From the NCBI GenBank assembly GCA_035084275.1, contig CM068762.1, positions 9,920,001-9,984,000 on the forward strand: a DNA stretch of 64,000 nucleotides. The letters run 5' to 3'. The DNA comes from Hydrolagus colliei. Taxonomy: Eukaryota. The notes under the pieces are model-generated. The model saw nothing but the letters and a program-made list of their open reading frames with translations, was not told where the DNA came from and did no database searches. Positions 40,706 to 53,362 of the stretch are shown piece after piece (position 1 is the first letter of the stretch; each line of letters begins with the position of its first letter). The translations under genes were made by a program, and so were the position numbers.

Positions 40706-41555
40706 GAACAACAAAACGACATTTATAGAGTGTCTTTCACGTTGGGAGGAAAATTTAATTTTGCTGTTGTTATTGTTGGCACCTGTGCCCTGATCTCAGT
40801 CTTTGCAAAGTGTTGGCGAACCACATTTAATTGTGTGAAATCCCAGCTTGGGTTACTGGCATGGTAATTCATTCTGATCAAACCACTGACAACAGGTGGG
40901 TTATAACAACACAACTGCTTTGGCAAACCTGATGGATACTTTGGCGAACATGGAATGAGTAGTCACCGAAGGACAGAAACGAATTTTAAAAACTTTTGCA
41001 AATAGAACAAAAAAGTTTAAGCAGCAATCAAGGAGATGGAGAGACAGAGATAGAGAGAGAGAGATAGATAGAAAGAGGGAGAGATGAGTGGATTAATTGT
41101 TCTGGACAGTAAACCCTTATAATAATAATAATCATAATACAGTAATAATAAATAAAAATAATAATCCTTGCATTTTATATAGCACCTAATCATGTCATTG
41201 AGATGTCTCAAAGTGGTTCACAGAATAAGGCACTATATCAACACACCTAATAAGAATCCCTTAAAATAAAAACAAGAATTAGTCATTTTGATCCACGACT
41301 TTTTGTGGGACACTGCTGTGCACTGCTGTGCAATTTGCAATTCGCCCATAAATATACAGTCACTTTACAGAGTACTGTATTATGTAAAGCGTTTTGAGAC
41401 GTCTAGAAGGCGTGAACAGCGCTATACCAAATGCAAGGATTATTAGAATTATTATTGGATTATTAAACAATGAGGGGAGGTGGGGTGGGGGAGGCTATGA
41501 TTGCAACAACATGATTGAATTGCTCAGTTCAGTTTCAGTTTCAAGTTCAACTCAC

Positions 41556-41970
41556 CAGAAGCCAGTTGCATCCAGGCGCAGACTTTGTAGACAGTGGCCG
41601 AATTGCAAAAGAAAAACAGACTGAAACTGATGATGCAGCCGACAATCAAAAGCATGGAGATGCCGACAAAGAACATGGCAGTTTTGAAAGCTCCAGAGGG
41701 GATGGAACCAAAATCCAAGGCGCTTCCCTTGCAGATCAGCTCCCTGGTCAAACCATTGCCAATGCAGTAGTGAAAGAGTCCGAAATAGCCGGCTTGAGGT
41801 GTGTTGATGCTGTCTCCTATCCAGTAAGGCTGGATGAAACACACCACAGTGATAATTGCAAAGCAAATAGTGAAAATAGCCCACAAGACACCTATTGCTC
41901 TTGAATTCCTCACGTAGTTGGTGTGGTAGATCTTGGCAGCCTCTTGGGCTGGGAGCATTTTGTCTCCCAT
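41556..41970 (-). CDS. lhfpl5: LHFPL tetraspan subfamily member 5 (TMHS), coding exon 1
   Basis: Translates [37 protein letters not shown]...[25 protein letters not shown]...ELICKG...AFKTAMFFV...CAWMQLAS. The ATG at 41970 is in strong Kozak context (aagATGG). The exon is 415 nt (138 codons + 1 nt) and ends at a G|gtgag donor, phase 1. Family is certain; the paralog call (5 vs 3/4) rests on AAKIY, ELICKG, KTAMFFV and the head-to-head position next to colipase. Confidence 0.9.
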
Positions 41971-42213
41971 CTTCCAAAGGCAGGTCTGTCTGTTTCTTTT
42001 GATATATATATATATATATATAGAAATATATATAATTATGCAAACCAAAGCAAAAAATAAAATGAAAGCTAAAGCTCCTTTAAAAGATCAGTTAGGTTAT
42101 TAATATATTCTCTCTCTCTTTCTCTTCTCCTTTTGTATTGAATTTTTTTTGTTTTGTTTCAGATGAAATCAGTCTCCCAGGATGGTTCCTGTGTGTTTTC
42201 CACCTTGAGTCAT

Positions 42214-42227
42214 GTTGCTAAGGAAAC
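42214..42227. promoter_or_regulatory. RFX X-box motif, adjacent to an AP-1 site (TGAGTCA, 42206-42212)
   Basis: GTTGCTAAGGAAAC fits the 14-bp imperfect X-box palindrome (GTTGCCATGGCAAC type). About 245 bp upstream of the LHFPL5 ATG. Confidence 0.6.
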
Positions 42228-42254
42228 GACAGAACGACCCTGCCTTGCAACAAC

Positions 42255-42262
42255 CCTCTCTC

Positions 42263-42295
<33 letters not shown>

Positions 42296-42360
42296 ATGTC
42301 TCACTCTCACTCTATCTCTCTATCCCTCCCTCCCACTCTCTCTCTCTCTCTCTCTCTCTT
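42255..42360. repeat. (CT)n/(GA)n low-complexity tract in the LHFPL5 5' flank
   Basis: Interrupted CT repeat between the X-box and the RE1. Confidence 0.9.
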
Positions 42361-42500
42361 TAGGATGGTGGGGGGTTCCTCTTCAAACAGACCCCATCGC
42401 CTCTGCCTCCCCTTCCTCAATTAGCTCCAAAGGTGGAGAGAGATGGTGAAGCTATTTGCTGGTCTAACAAACATGCCCACTGCTGTGTTCTCTAACACAA

Positions 42501-42521
42501 ATCAGCACCACAGACAGCGTC
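42501..42521 (+). promoter_or_regulatory. RE1/NRSE (REST-binding) element upstream of LHFPL5
   Basis: ATCAGCACCACAGACAGCGTC matches 18/21 positions of the canonical TTCAGCACCACGGACAGCGCC, with the correct 2-nt spacer. About 530 bp upstream of the ATG, in non-repeat sequence. Confidence 0.7.
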
Positions 42522-42653
42522 CTCCTCCCTTCAGCTCTGGTTTGCTGGTAGCCAGGTCATTAGCATGTCTCTTGCCACGTTTAAACAGGCGTTGAAACCC
42601 TTGACTCCAACCAGCAGTGTTGGTCTTTAATCATCAGAATTATTATAAGCCCT

Positions 42654-42972
42654 GAGTCCTATAGGTGAGTGGTTAGAGCACCCGCCTCGCCAGTGAGAAA
42701 CCTGGGTGGGGTTCGATTCCCGGGCCGGGGTGAAACCTCGGGCAAGATTACCTTACTCCGCACGCCAAGGGAATACTCCCTCGAAGAGACAAAAAAAAAC
42801 TAGAATAAAAAATGGGTTGTCCCAATCCACGGCTGTTTGTGGGACGCTGTTGTGTGCGATTGGCTGCCGAGTTTCGTCCACAAAATATACAGTTAATTTA
42901 CTTTACAGTATATTCTGTGAAGTGCTTTGAGGTATCTAGAGGACGTGAAATCACTACGCAAGGATTATTATT
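42654..42972 (+). mobile_element. SINE family A, full length
   Basis: Consensus match; retains many CpGs. Confidence 0.88.
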
Positions 42973-43301
42973 AATTATTAATATTATTATCAGACCCACT
43001 GTTCTCTCCACCCCTAACATGATAATTATTTTTGCCCTGAAAATATAAAGTCAGTTCGCTTTGCTCGGGCATATATTCTGTAATATATGTCTCAACGACG
43101 TGATATCAAAGGCAAGGATTCTTATTATTATTATTCTTACAATCTTTGCATTGGATAGAGCGCCCTTATCGAATCAAATCGGTCGTTCACTTCATGGCTG
43201 TTTGTGGGAGACGTTGCTGTCTCCCACAAACTGGCCGGCTCGTTTCGACCACAAAATAAAGCGCGTGAAACCCACAAGATTATCCGGTGAAGCGCTTTGT
43301 A

Positions 43302-43569
43302 GAGCTCCTGTAAATCAGTGGTTAGAGCACTTGCCTTACTCCACACGCCTAATAATAATCCGTCCCACCCAAAAAACCCACAAAAATAAAAATTGGTCAT
43401 TTTCAATCCACGGCTGTTTATGGGGGACGCTGCCGTGCACGATCGGCTGCCGCGTTTCGCCCACAAAATATCCAGTCAATTCACTTCACAGTATATTCCG
43501 TGAAGCGCTTTGAGACATCGATAAGATGTGAAAAGCGTTATATCAAATGCAAGGATTCTTCTTATTATT
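43302..43569 (+). mobile_element. SINE family A with internal deletion of the B-box region
   Basis: gagcacttgccttac is joined directly to tccacacgcc, consistent with a deletion between two ccttac repeats. Confidence 0.88.
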
Positions 43570-44199
43570 AAGACGTCTCGACGACACGATAAGACACTGC
43601 ATCAAATGTAAACGCAAGCGTGCAAGTTGCAGTTATAAGAGGCGCACTTTTCCAAACCTAGGTGGCAGTAACAGGTAGAACATTACTAGTCCACTCCAGT
43701 TATAACCATATCATTGCTGGTACATGCCCACTTCTGATTGCTATCGCTAAGCACACATTTTCAAGGTCCGGTAGAGGTGAATTCTAATCATGTCTCTCTA
43801 TTCCATTATTTACCTATCTGACAGGCCATTAGAGATTGCACAGGGAGAGGTCAATAGAGTAAATAGAGTAAATGCACAAAGATATGTTGGGAAAAACATA
43901 TTCCCGATGGTGTGTTTTTTTTCATACTCACCTTATGGATCGCAGCTGTTACTTTTGCTTACACACTTCTGAACGAGATAGAGTAGCAAACTCGTCAGGT
44001 TTATCAAACAAAGAAAACTAATTATTGATGCTTATTTGCAGGCAATTCATTTGAGGCAAGACCATTACGAACCAGGTAGATTGAAGCCCCCTGGGACGCT
44101 GCCCTGCATAAAAGCTGTTCTATAAATGCAAGTTGTCATTGTAGATTGGTTTGGAAATTAATTAAGAGTTGCTGTGAAACAAATGAGGCTGGACAGGAT

Positions 44200-44501
44200 G
44201 ATCCTTGCATTTGATATCGCGCTTTTTGCCTCTTCTAGACATCTCAAGGCACTTTCACAGAATATACTGTAAAGTGAATTGATTGTGTATATATATGAAC
44301 GAAACACAGCAGCCAATTGTGCACAGCAGTGTCCCACAAACATTCGTTGATGGAAATGACCAATTTTTAAACATTTTTATGAGGGATTATTATCAGGCAT
44401 GTGGAGTAAGGAAACTTGCTGAAGGTTTCACCCTGCCTGGATTTGAACCCAAGCCTCTCGCTTGTAAGGCAAGCACTCTAATCACTGAGCTACAGGGCTC
44501 C
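44200..44501 (-). mobile_element. SINE family A, full length
   Basis: Consensus match. Confidence 0.9.
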
Positions 44502-44534
44502 ACGAGGGATACTAGAAGTAAATAATAGAAGTAA

Positions 44535-44860
44535 AACAGCAACCACAAATTGCATTTATACAGTGCTTTTCACATCGGAAGGATGTCCCAAGGCACTGGA
44601 CAATGAGGGACAATCTAAGCTGCACTTTGGGATCAAAGAAAGGTGGAAGGCTGGCAGGATGGAGTAGGGAACCTGACCACAGGCACAATCTAGTCAAAAA
44701 AAGGAAAGTCTTGAGATGGGCCTTGAAGGAGGCAAGGGTAGGATTGAGGCGGAGGGGTTCTGGAATGGCGTTCCAGAGCCTGGGGGCAGAAAGGCTGAAG
44801 ATCCAATCAACTGATAGTGAAGCACACGGAGCAGAGGGGACGTGGAGCAGGCCAGTGAAA
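44535..44860 (-). mobile_element. L2 LINE 3' fragment
   Basis: FSLSAPRLWNAIPEPLRLNPTLASFKAHLKTFLF is the canonical L2 ORF2 C-terminus; stem-loop tail. Confidence 0.88.
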
Positions 44861-47800
44861 TCAAAGTAGAGGCATTTCACTTTTATTATTTAATTTGAGT
44901 CATCATATAATGATACCAGAGTAAAGAGAGCTCATGGTTAAAATATTAATAATATACTATCTTAGTTTAATTTTAAGAAACAAAATAGATTATTTATAGT
45001 GACTGTTTTAGTTGTCTATCCGCTGACTAAAAGTAGCTGCAATCATTTTGATATCGGACATTATTTTCCAGCATGTCAGAGATATCAAAACATCACCATT
45101 TGATCCTGTTACGCTCTACTTTAAATATTCAGTGCATATCAAAATACTAAGACACCCATCAAATATTGGCCAGCACTTGCAGAGCGCTGCTGAATATTTA
45201 TGTTTCATTCATATTACATGATGGACTGATATTAGCATGTTCAAGCATTTCCTGAATATATTATCATTTGGGGGTCACTAAAATCTTTTTATGCCTGTCA
45301 TCACATCTCATTGAGATGGATTCTCTGTTGACTTATTGCACCCTTGATATTATCCCTGGGTCTCCAGACTGGTTGAGGTGGGAGGAAACATTCAGCTGCC
45401 ACATGGAAACAAATCATATTCCCCATTAATTAAGGTCCACAGTTCGTAGAGACAGACAATTGCGGTCCCCTGTGAGAACATCATCTATATCAGCCCTCCG
45501 GCCACCCATCATCTTGAAATCCTGTTTCCTGTTTTACTTACAAATTACGCTATCACTGCATTCTACAATATATCCCAGGGGACGTCCTCCTGATGTGAAA
45601 GGCGCTGTATCAAGTGAATTTATTATTCTTATTCTTGAGATTATTATTACTACGCAGAATCTGTTAAAACGGTGATGAATGTTGAAGGGGTTTGCAAAAG
45701 GGATTCTTGAATCCAGTGCATATTTCTTTCACAATTCTGGTAGATTTAGGTTGGCACAGGTCCCAGCTGCAATTTTAGTCACTCAACTCGTGGCGTTTGT
45801 GGGACGTTGCTCTGCGCAAACCAGTTGCCCCCGTTTGGCTACAAGTACACAGTCACTATCATTTACGGTAAAAACCGTCAGCCGCATTTTGCCCGCAAAT
45901 ATGCAGTCAATTCCATTTACAGCATATTCTGTGAAACGCTTTAAGACGTCGAGAAGACATGAAAAGTGCTATATTCTATGGAAGGATTATTATTATTATT
46001 ATTATCATCTTGCGTATAATTTTTAAGCATCTCGATGATAACATTTTCTCCCAAAACTACACCATCAATGCACTCTACATTATAACCTGTGAAACACTTT
46101 TAGACGTCTCAAAGATGTAAGGTGCAATATCAGAAGTTCTTTGCCTCTCCTTGAATATATAGAAAAAAATCTCTCACATAATTGCGCTTTTGCAATTTTA
46201 ATGCAGCCAGCAGTTCCGAGGCCCAAATTCTTATCGTCTGGCTCACTGAATGTAGCCCAAGGTCTCCAAATTGCCCTGAATATTGGCTAGATTATTTAGT
46301 TAGCCGATATGTAGTCAATCAAGGATCCTTCATTGACCAGTATTGAGTGATTTGTAGCCAATTAACTTCATAATGAGGGATGGAAAACCTTTAATTGCTC
46401 TCATTTGCAATTGTAGTAATAAATTCCAACAGCAGCATTAATCCACATTGGAGTTACATTAAAGTCTGCCAGCGCAGAGCGAAACATGAAGACAAGCACA
46501 TTCCACTCATGCCACTTTACACCGCGAGACAGACACATGATAAAACAATGGAAACTTGTCACAAGCCAAGTCCTGGGTTGTATGGAACAGTGTTATCCAT
46601 CTGCCTTAAATCAATTTAACTCAACTTAAGTAGGAACCCAGTTGATGATCGATTTCGGATAGATTTCCGAGGGTAATAATCCCTCAAAATAAATTTGGTC
46701 ACTCAGTCCGTGACTGCTTGTGGGACCCCGCTGTGCGCCATTAGCTGCAGTTTTCACCCATAAAATATTCAGTCAATCAATGCACTTCACAATCTATTCT
46801 GCGAAGCGCTTTGAGGCATCTTAATGGTCTGATAAGGTGCTATATCAAACACAACGATTATTATCATTGTAATTTACGTAGAAGGACATATTCTGTAGTC
46901 CTGTGGAGATGGGAGTTTGATGGCAATGGCGTGACAACACTGACTCTTAATATACCAACTGGTTACAGCGAATCAATTCAAATTAAAAAGTCTTAGCACT
47001 TGAAATTCTCTGAGCCTTTCCACTCTCGCCTCGTCCCTTCCTCTTCCACAGCCTGACAACAGTGACACCTTCTCCAAAGGAACTGCGTTGGTGCGATCAC
47101 AAGTTCCCTTTGCGTCTCGGAGTCACAGGGCCAGTTGCAGAAGATTTACTTCTTGGCAGACGCCGCAATGTCACACAGACATTGTCTGAAAGCCGTTCCA
47201 TCGGTGTCTGACTCGGAGACATTACGATGAATAGTGTTGACAATTTTATCCACGCAAGTAAAACAAAATAAATTTGATTGCCTGTGGGGATGTGCTTTCT
47301 GAAACTTGCTTCCCCAATTGGCTTTGTGGGGGGAATATTACACAAAGCATTGCTAGAATGGAGTGAAAAAGGTAAAGTGGATTATTTTTCTCAGTTGTTT
47401 AGGTCATTCTATTCCGTTAGTCTGCAACAGTGCTGAATCCATCGCTGGGCAGATTTACTAATGTACAGCAAAGGAGACAGCATATTTCACTTTTACCCTG
47501 CTGGTAAACGTAGATTCAAAAGCCTTGAAAGAGGGAAACCAAGATTAATCTGTTTGCACACACGTCTTGCAGTTTATTTGTTGCTGCAATTTGTTTGTGC
47601 CCCAGCCGACACACGTATGGCATCAAGGCTTTATAAATAAAACCCGCGATAAATTATGGTGTGAAATGACGCTTGCTGTAACAGAGTTCGGTTGGAATGA
47701 AGCAAATGCGAGATCTGACATCTGGCTTTAATAAACACGCTAGCCACCAGCCAAACTGTAATAACGATATCAATTACCATATCGCTGCCTGAAACTTGAA

Positions 47801-48094
47801 TCCATCACTTCAAGGGCAAACTATCACCACAAATAAGCCTTGTATCATCAGCGATAGAACTCAATTGCTAATAACAGAAATTAAACTTTACGAAATTATG
47901 CAACTTCAGCACCGAAATTTTGAGTCATTCCAAAGACTGGAGATGGCAAGTCTGACACAGTAGGCCTTGTGTTCAAGAAAATGTAGCTTTACTTTACAAC
48001 AGGAATTTACATTGATATAGTGCCATTCGCGACGTGTGGATGTCTGAAAGTGCTTGATCCCAGTGTTTCTCAACCTCTTCGATGCAGGGAACCG

Positions 48095-48295
48095 GCTGGC
48101 TATCAACCCGCCCGTCCCCTCCATTCAGCAGTCTCCACATCCACCGCCCAACCTTCGGTGGCCGGGCTTTCAGCCTCTCTGCCCCCACACTATGAAACTC
48201 CATCCCGCAGTCCCTCCACTGCTTCCTCCTGCTTCCTCCTTTCCTCCTTCAAAGCCGGTATCAAGACCTTCCTCTTTGACTGCACCATCTCCACT
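48095..48295 (+). mobile_element. L2 LINE fragment
   Basis: ...GRAFSLSAP...SSFKAGIKTFLFD, frameshifted. Confidence 0.82.
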
Positions 48296-49727
48296 AAGTG
48301 TTCTTTTAATTGTAGTTATTATCTTATTTATATATTTACTAAAACAGTTGATATCAAATGTAATCAGCTAATGTCCCTTCAATTAATCACATTTTCAGAT
48401 TTTTTCTCTAACTATTTATTAATCCACAATGTATAATTGAAACAATGTATATTGGGACGACGTATAGCAAGGAGTTCCAGTATATAATTCGTATGTTATA
48501 AATAAATTGTACATATATCCAAGTACCATTCATTTTCCTACTAAAAAATACTTTGATTTATTTGCACTAATCAGATATTACAAGTTGGATAAACGGCTAA
48601 GTCTCAATGATTTCCTGGTCCCAAATAATGAAAATCCTAATGAAATCATCTATCAGCTCATTGACAATGTAATGCATGTATAGTTTGATTTGTGGGACAC
48701 TGCTGTGCGCAATCGGCTGCTGCGTTTCGCCCACAAATATACAATCGATTCACTTTACAGTATATTCTGTGAATATACTCCCCTTGCCATTTTCCCCTCC
48801 GTTTTCCCTTAATCCCACTTCCGTGACTGTTTGGGGGACACTGCTGTGCGCAATTTGGCTGGTAAGGGCTTTGAGGCATTTCCATGACGGAACAAGGTGG
48901 TATACCAATTGCTTCTTGTTTGCCATTGTTTATTTGCAATGATATGAAAATAAGATTAAAAGTGCGCATGTTCTATTGAAACTGTTGTATCTTCAGAGCA
49001 CACCAGAGCGCAGTGACCTCTAGGAGTGAAATATTAGTAGAATATTACAATCAAGTTGTTAGAAACCCTAACCCTTCTTGCCTGTTTCTGAAACAAACCT
49101 AGCTCAAAAATGTCTATGGTGGATCTTCTGTTTCACTTAAACTTTGATTTAAATTCATCAAGCCTCCAGATTTATTGTGATTGAATTTAAAGGTTGATGC
49201 CCAGTGGGGAACATGCTATTTATAAGCAGATGTAACCGAGCACAGTTAAATTAGCGCTTAATTATCTGTAATAACAGCTGATCGTACATTAATTGGGTGT
49301 CAAGAGAGTTCAACTATTTCGGTCCAGCAAGCATATAAATCTTTTTTTTTAACTGGGGATTTCTCCTTAACATCCAAACAAACATTCCTAACGGAACAGT
49401 GGGATATTCGACAAGTAGATGTCTTTATTGATGCAGTCATAACTCCTCCATAATTAAACCAGCCAAGACTTACAGCTGGGTGGTGCAAAGTTTACTGAAC
49501 AGATCCCTTTATATCAGTCCCATTACTTGATGTCAGCATGAAATGTGCCCTAATTCAAAGGAGTTGTAGTGAATTATATGAACAGTGATATCTAACAATG
49601 CAGTCAATTGTGGATCAACAGGCTATTAAATATTAATATGATAACACATTCCCCCAATTCTTCTCCAACAAAACACAGTGACTGCACTTAACAGTGAAAC
49701 ACTGTAAATACATAATAATGATAATAT

Positions 49728-50041
49728 GATCCTTGAATTTAATATAGCACTTTTCATGTCTTCTAGATGTCTCAAAGCGTTTCACAGAATATACTGTAAA
49801 GTGAATTGACTGTATATTTGTGGGCGAAACATGGCAGCCAATTGCGCACAACAGTGTCCCACAAACAGTCGTGTATCGAAATGACCAATTTTATTATTGT
49901 GATTTTTTGGAGGGATTATTATTAGGCGTGTGTGTGAAGTAAGGAAACTTGTCCAAGGTTTCGCCCAGACCTGACTGGATCCGAACACAGGTCTCACACT
50001 TGTAAGGCGAGTGCTCTCTAACCACTGAGCTACAGGACTCC
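49728..50041 (-). mobile_element. SINE family A, full length
   Basis: Consensus match. Confidence 0.9.
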
Positions 50042-51653
50042 AAGTACCCTGAGATGTCCTCCCTGAAGTGATTATTATTAATGATAACAATGAATAATAA
50101 TCAAGTGAATGTGAACTAAAGCCACTCAAAGTGAAATCTTTGTCTCTTCTTCAAATTTTGAATGTTTGTGCGGTAATGAACCTGGGGAGATCAATGTGAA
50201 TTTCACTCAAATGATTCAGGCAAAAATACAATAATTGCACTTGTGTGGGTTTGCTTCTCGATTCACTCGCACCGTGGATTGTGAAGGAAAGACTGGGAGA
50301 GTAATAATCAGTATGGCATTTCCTTTGAAGAACAATCTGAGCTAAATGTCTGTTTCCTCTCGCTCAGCCTGGGATGCACAAATGGATGCACTTTTCCTCC
50401 TCTAATGACTGTCCACGCTCATTGCATCCCAGAGCTGTCCATTGTCCAACTCGTTTCAACCTCAGGGGTCAAACACCATTGAACTATCCAGATAGAAATG
50501 GATGCAGAATGATTCAAAATGTGTGTATGTATATGAGTGTTTTTAACTTAACTCTATTGTAATTTACTTATTGCAATCAGAATGACTTGCGCTGGTTATT
50601 TGAGAAAATTGGTCACCTGTTTGGAAATGACCCATTAAGGGCAATGAATACTGAGGACAAAAGTTTGCCTGCCTTACCTCTGATGGACTTCATTATCTAA
50701 GAATTACCTCAGAGGATATGCACCAAAATTAATGGCCGGTTCAATAAATACCCCCCTCTTTCTCAACACAGCAGCGGGTTGCTTTTCATTGCACCCGTCC
50801 ATGGTCTTATAGTCGTTGTCTCTTAAAATTTTGATTTGAAATTAAGAATAATTTTCTCTTGACATTTCTCTTGACATGCTAATAACAATATCGCTAACCT
50901 TGAAAGATGGATTGTTTAAAAAATTCCTGTCCACAGTGGAGACGCTGAAACCTGAGTGGAATGAGTACAGCTGCTCCTATTAATTAGACCATTTCTTTGA
51001 CATTAACAATTAACTTTGACGGCTAAAACTTGCAAGAGCCCTGAACTCGGATTGAAAAGAAATGGATTGATAATTCCGCATTATTCTTCACCTCTCAAGG
51101 TAATAATAACTTGCATTTCCTGAGCGCCATTGTGTTTTAAAAAAAAATCTCTCTGAGCATTCTACAAAATAAAATTGATTGAAAATGATGAATTTTATAT
51201 AATGGCCATCCATTTCAATGGCTTCCTGGGTCTTTCAACAATGCTGTGTGTAAATTGGCTCCCACAAATGCTTACAACGATACAGTCGCTGGTACTCTGT
51301 AGAAAATCCTGTCAAGTGATTTGAGAAGTGAACGGCGCTGCATCAAATGTAAGGATTGTATCGCTATTGTTATTATCTATGTAGAAAACTGCAGCAGCTT
51401 CAAAACTAATGCTGAGCGTTGGAAATGTTTTGTCTAAAATGAGTTTCAAAACTATAAATCATAACTTTAATTTGCTGCTCTATTTGTTCCCTTCCGTGAA
51501 AGTTAGCGTCTTGAGGAGTATTAGGGATAAGGCACAGCAGTGGGATTGAATAAACATCTTGCTCTGAGAGAGCCAGCACACACTCGATGGCCTCTTTCTG
51601 CACTACCATTTCCTATGTTTCTGCTGCCTTTTTCTACCCATGCCGTAGCCAGC

Positions 51654-52500
51654 AAACAACAACAACTACAACAACCACCACCACCAACAACAACAACAAC
51701 ATTGCAACTATATAGCGCCTTTCACATCGGGAGGACTTCCCAAAGCGCTGAACAGTCTGGTCGGGACCTGAGCGGGGGGTGGTGGGGGAGGGTCGAAATA
51801 GGGGAAAGGGGAAGGAGAGTGGGGGAGGGGGAAGAGTTAGTGGGGCAGCTGAAGGCGCAGCCGAAGAGGAATGTCTTGAGACCGGCCTTGAAGGAGGAAA
51901 GGGAGGAAGCGAGGCGGAGGGGCTGCGGGATGGAGTTCCAGTGTGGGAGCAGAGAGGCTGAAAGCCCGGCTGCTGATGGTTGGGCGGTTAGGGCGATGGA
52001 CGCGGAGCAGGCCCGAGTCTGCTGAACGGAGGGTGCGGGCACAGGCTGGTAGGGAGACAGTAGGTCAGAGAGATAGGTGGGGGCAAGGCCGTGAAAGTGA
52101 GGACAAGGATCCTGAATTCGATCCTCTGGATGACGGGGAGCCAGTGGAGACGGGCGAGGGTGGGAGTGATGTGGTTGTGAAGCCTGGTACGGAAGAGTAC
52201 ACGAGCTGCAGAATTCTGAATGATCTGCAGCCTGTGAAGGGAGGAGCTGGGGAGGCCGACGAGGAGAGAGTTCCCGTAGTCGAGCCTGGAAGTGATAAAG
52301 GCGTGGATGAAGGTTTTGGCGGCGTGGGGGGTGAGGTAGTGGCGGAGTCTTGTAATATTGCGGAGGTGATGGAAGGCTGTGCCTGGAGCGGATGTGGAAG
52401 GATGGCTCGGGGTCGAACAAGATGCCTAGATTCCTGATTGGCTTCGAGAGGTGGAGAGAGCAGCCTTGAACGCTGATGTTGTCAGCGCCTGAGGTGCAAA
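51654..52500 (-). mobile_element. L2 LINE, 5'-truncated (~850 bp)
   Basis: IRNLGILFDP...LHWLPV-type segment and WNSIPQPLRLASSLSSFKAGLKTFLF across frameshifts; C-rich UTR, stem-loop and (TTG)n tail. Confidence 0.92.
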
Positions 52501-53132
52501 GAACACAGTTTGTTTCTAGCCCTCCAACAACGCTGTTGCCAATCAAGCCACTCGAGGCTGCTATCCCCCTCATATTCCCACCTTTTCTTTTACTATTCTT
52601 CTTCTTATTATGCACACTCAGGCTGGCAGAGATTGGAATTGCCTGTGAAACAGATGCTTAGAAAAAGAGAGTCAATTCGACTCAATTTCGATAACTCCTT
52701 CGGTCAATAATGTATCCGACAGCCAGAAGTACAGAAATGTGCACCTTTTCTCGGTGGTTTCAAACACGGATTGAAACCATGATTGCATTCTTTGACCTCC
52801 CTTCGTTTGTCTGACCTCAGAAGAATTGTGTTTCCTGGAATCCTAAATCTATTCTGAGTGAAACGGTAATTGAATTGCAAGCGAAACAAAAACAATAGGT
52901 GTTTTTCTTTTTTTTAAAAAAGATTTGTTTCCCCCCTCTACTTGTTGCTTCATATGTGCTTCATATATTTATCTTTCATGGCATAGGGGAGAGGAACGAT
53001 TGCAGTCAGCAAGTGAGTGAGTAGCTACCAAATCAATTCAGATGTGACTGATTGGCTTAATGATTCCTAATTTGAGTGAATAGTCCTTCATGTTCTGGGC
53101 TGACAAAACGCGAAAAATACGTGCCGCGAATT

Positions 53133-53362
53133 TGGTTAGAGCACTCGCCTTACAAACGAGAGACTTGGGTTCGATTCCAGGCAGGGCAAAACCTTGGGCA
53201 AGTTTTCTTACTCCGCACACCTGATAATAGTCCATCAAGAAAATTTTTTAATGGTCACTTCAATCCACGACTGTTTGTGGGACGCTGCTGTGTGCAATTG
53301 GCTGCCACATTTCGCCCACAAATATACAATCAATTCCCTTTACAGTATATTCTGTGAAGCGC
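53133..53362 (+). mobile_element. SINE family A, truncated at both ends
   Basis: Consensus match. Confidence 0.88.

Larger units (their letters stand above)
326..41555 (-). other. lhfpl5: LHFPL5 intron 1 (~41.2 kb, includes an assembly gap)
   Basis: GT-AG boundaries between two phase-matched exons whose translations join into a continuous LHFPL protein with no missing residues. Confidence 0.85.

Noticed and set aside
41971-42048. Upstream in-frame extension of LHFPL5 exon 1
   Set aside because: Non-ATG start running through a (TA)n repeat; the ATG at 41970 has good Kozak context and fits the family length.
43655-43670. CTCF-like site (AACCTAGGTGGCAGTA) as an insulator between lhfpl5 and clps
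   Set aside because: The 5' CC of the core is mismatched; similar partial matches occur elsewhere (about 8110 and 39967), so chance is plausible.
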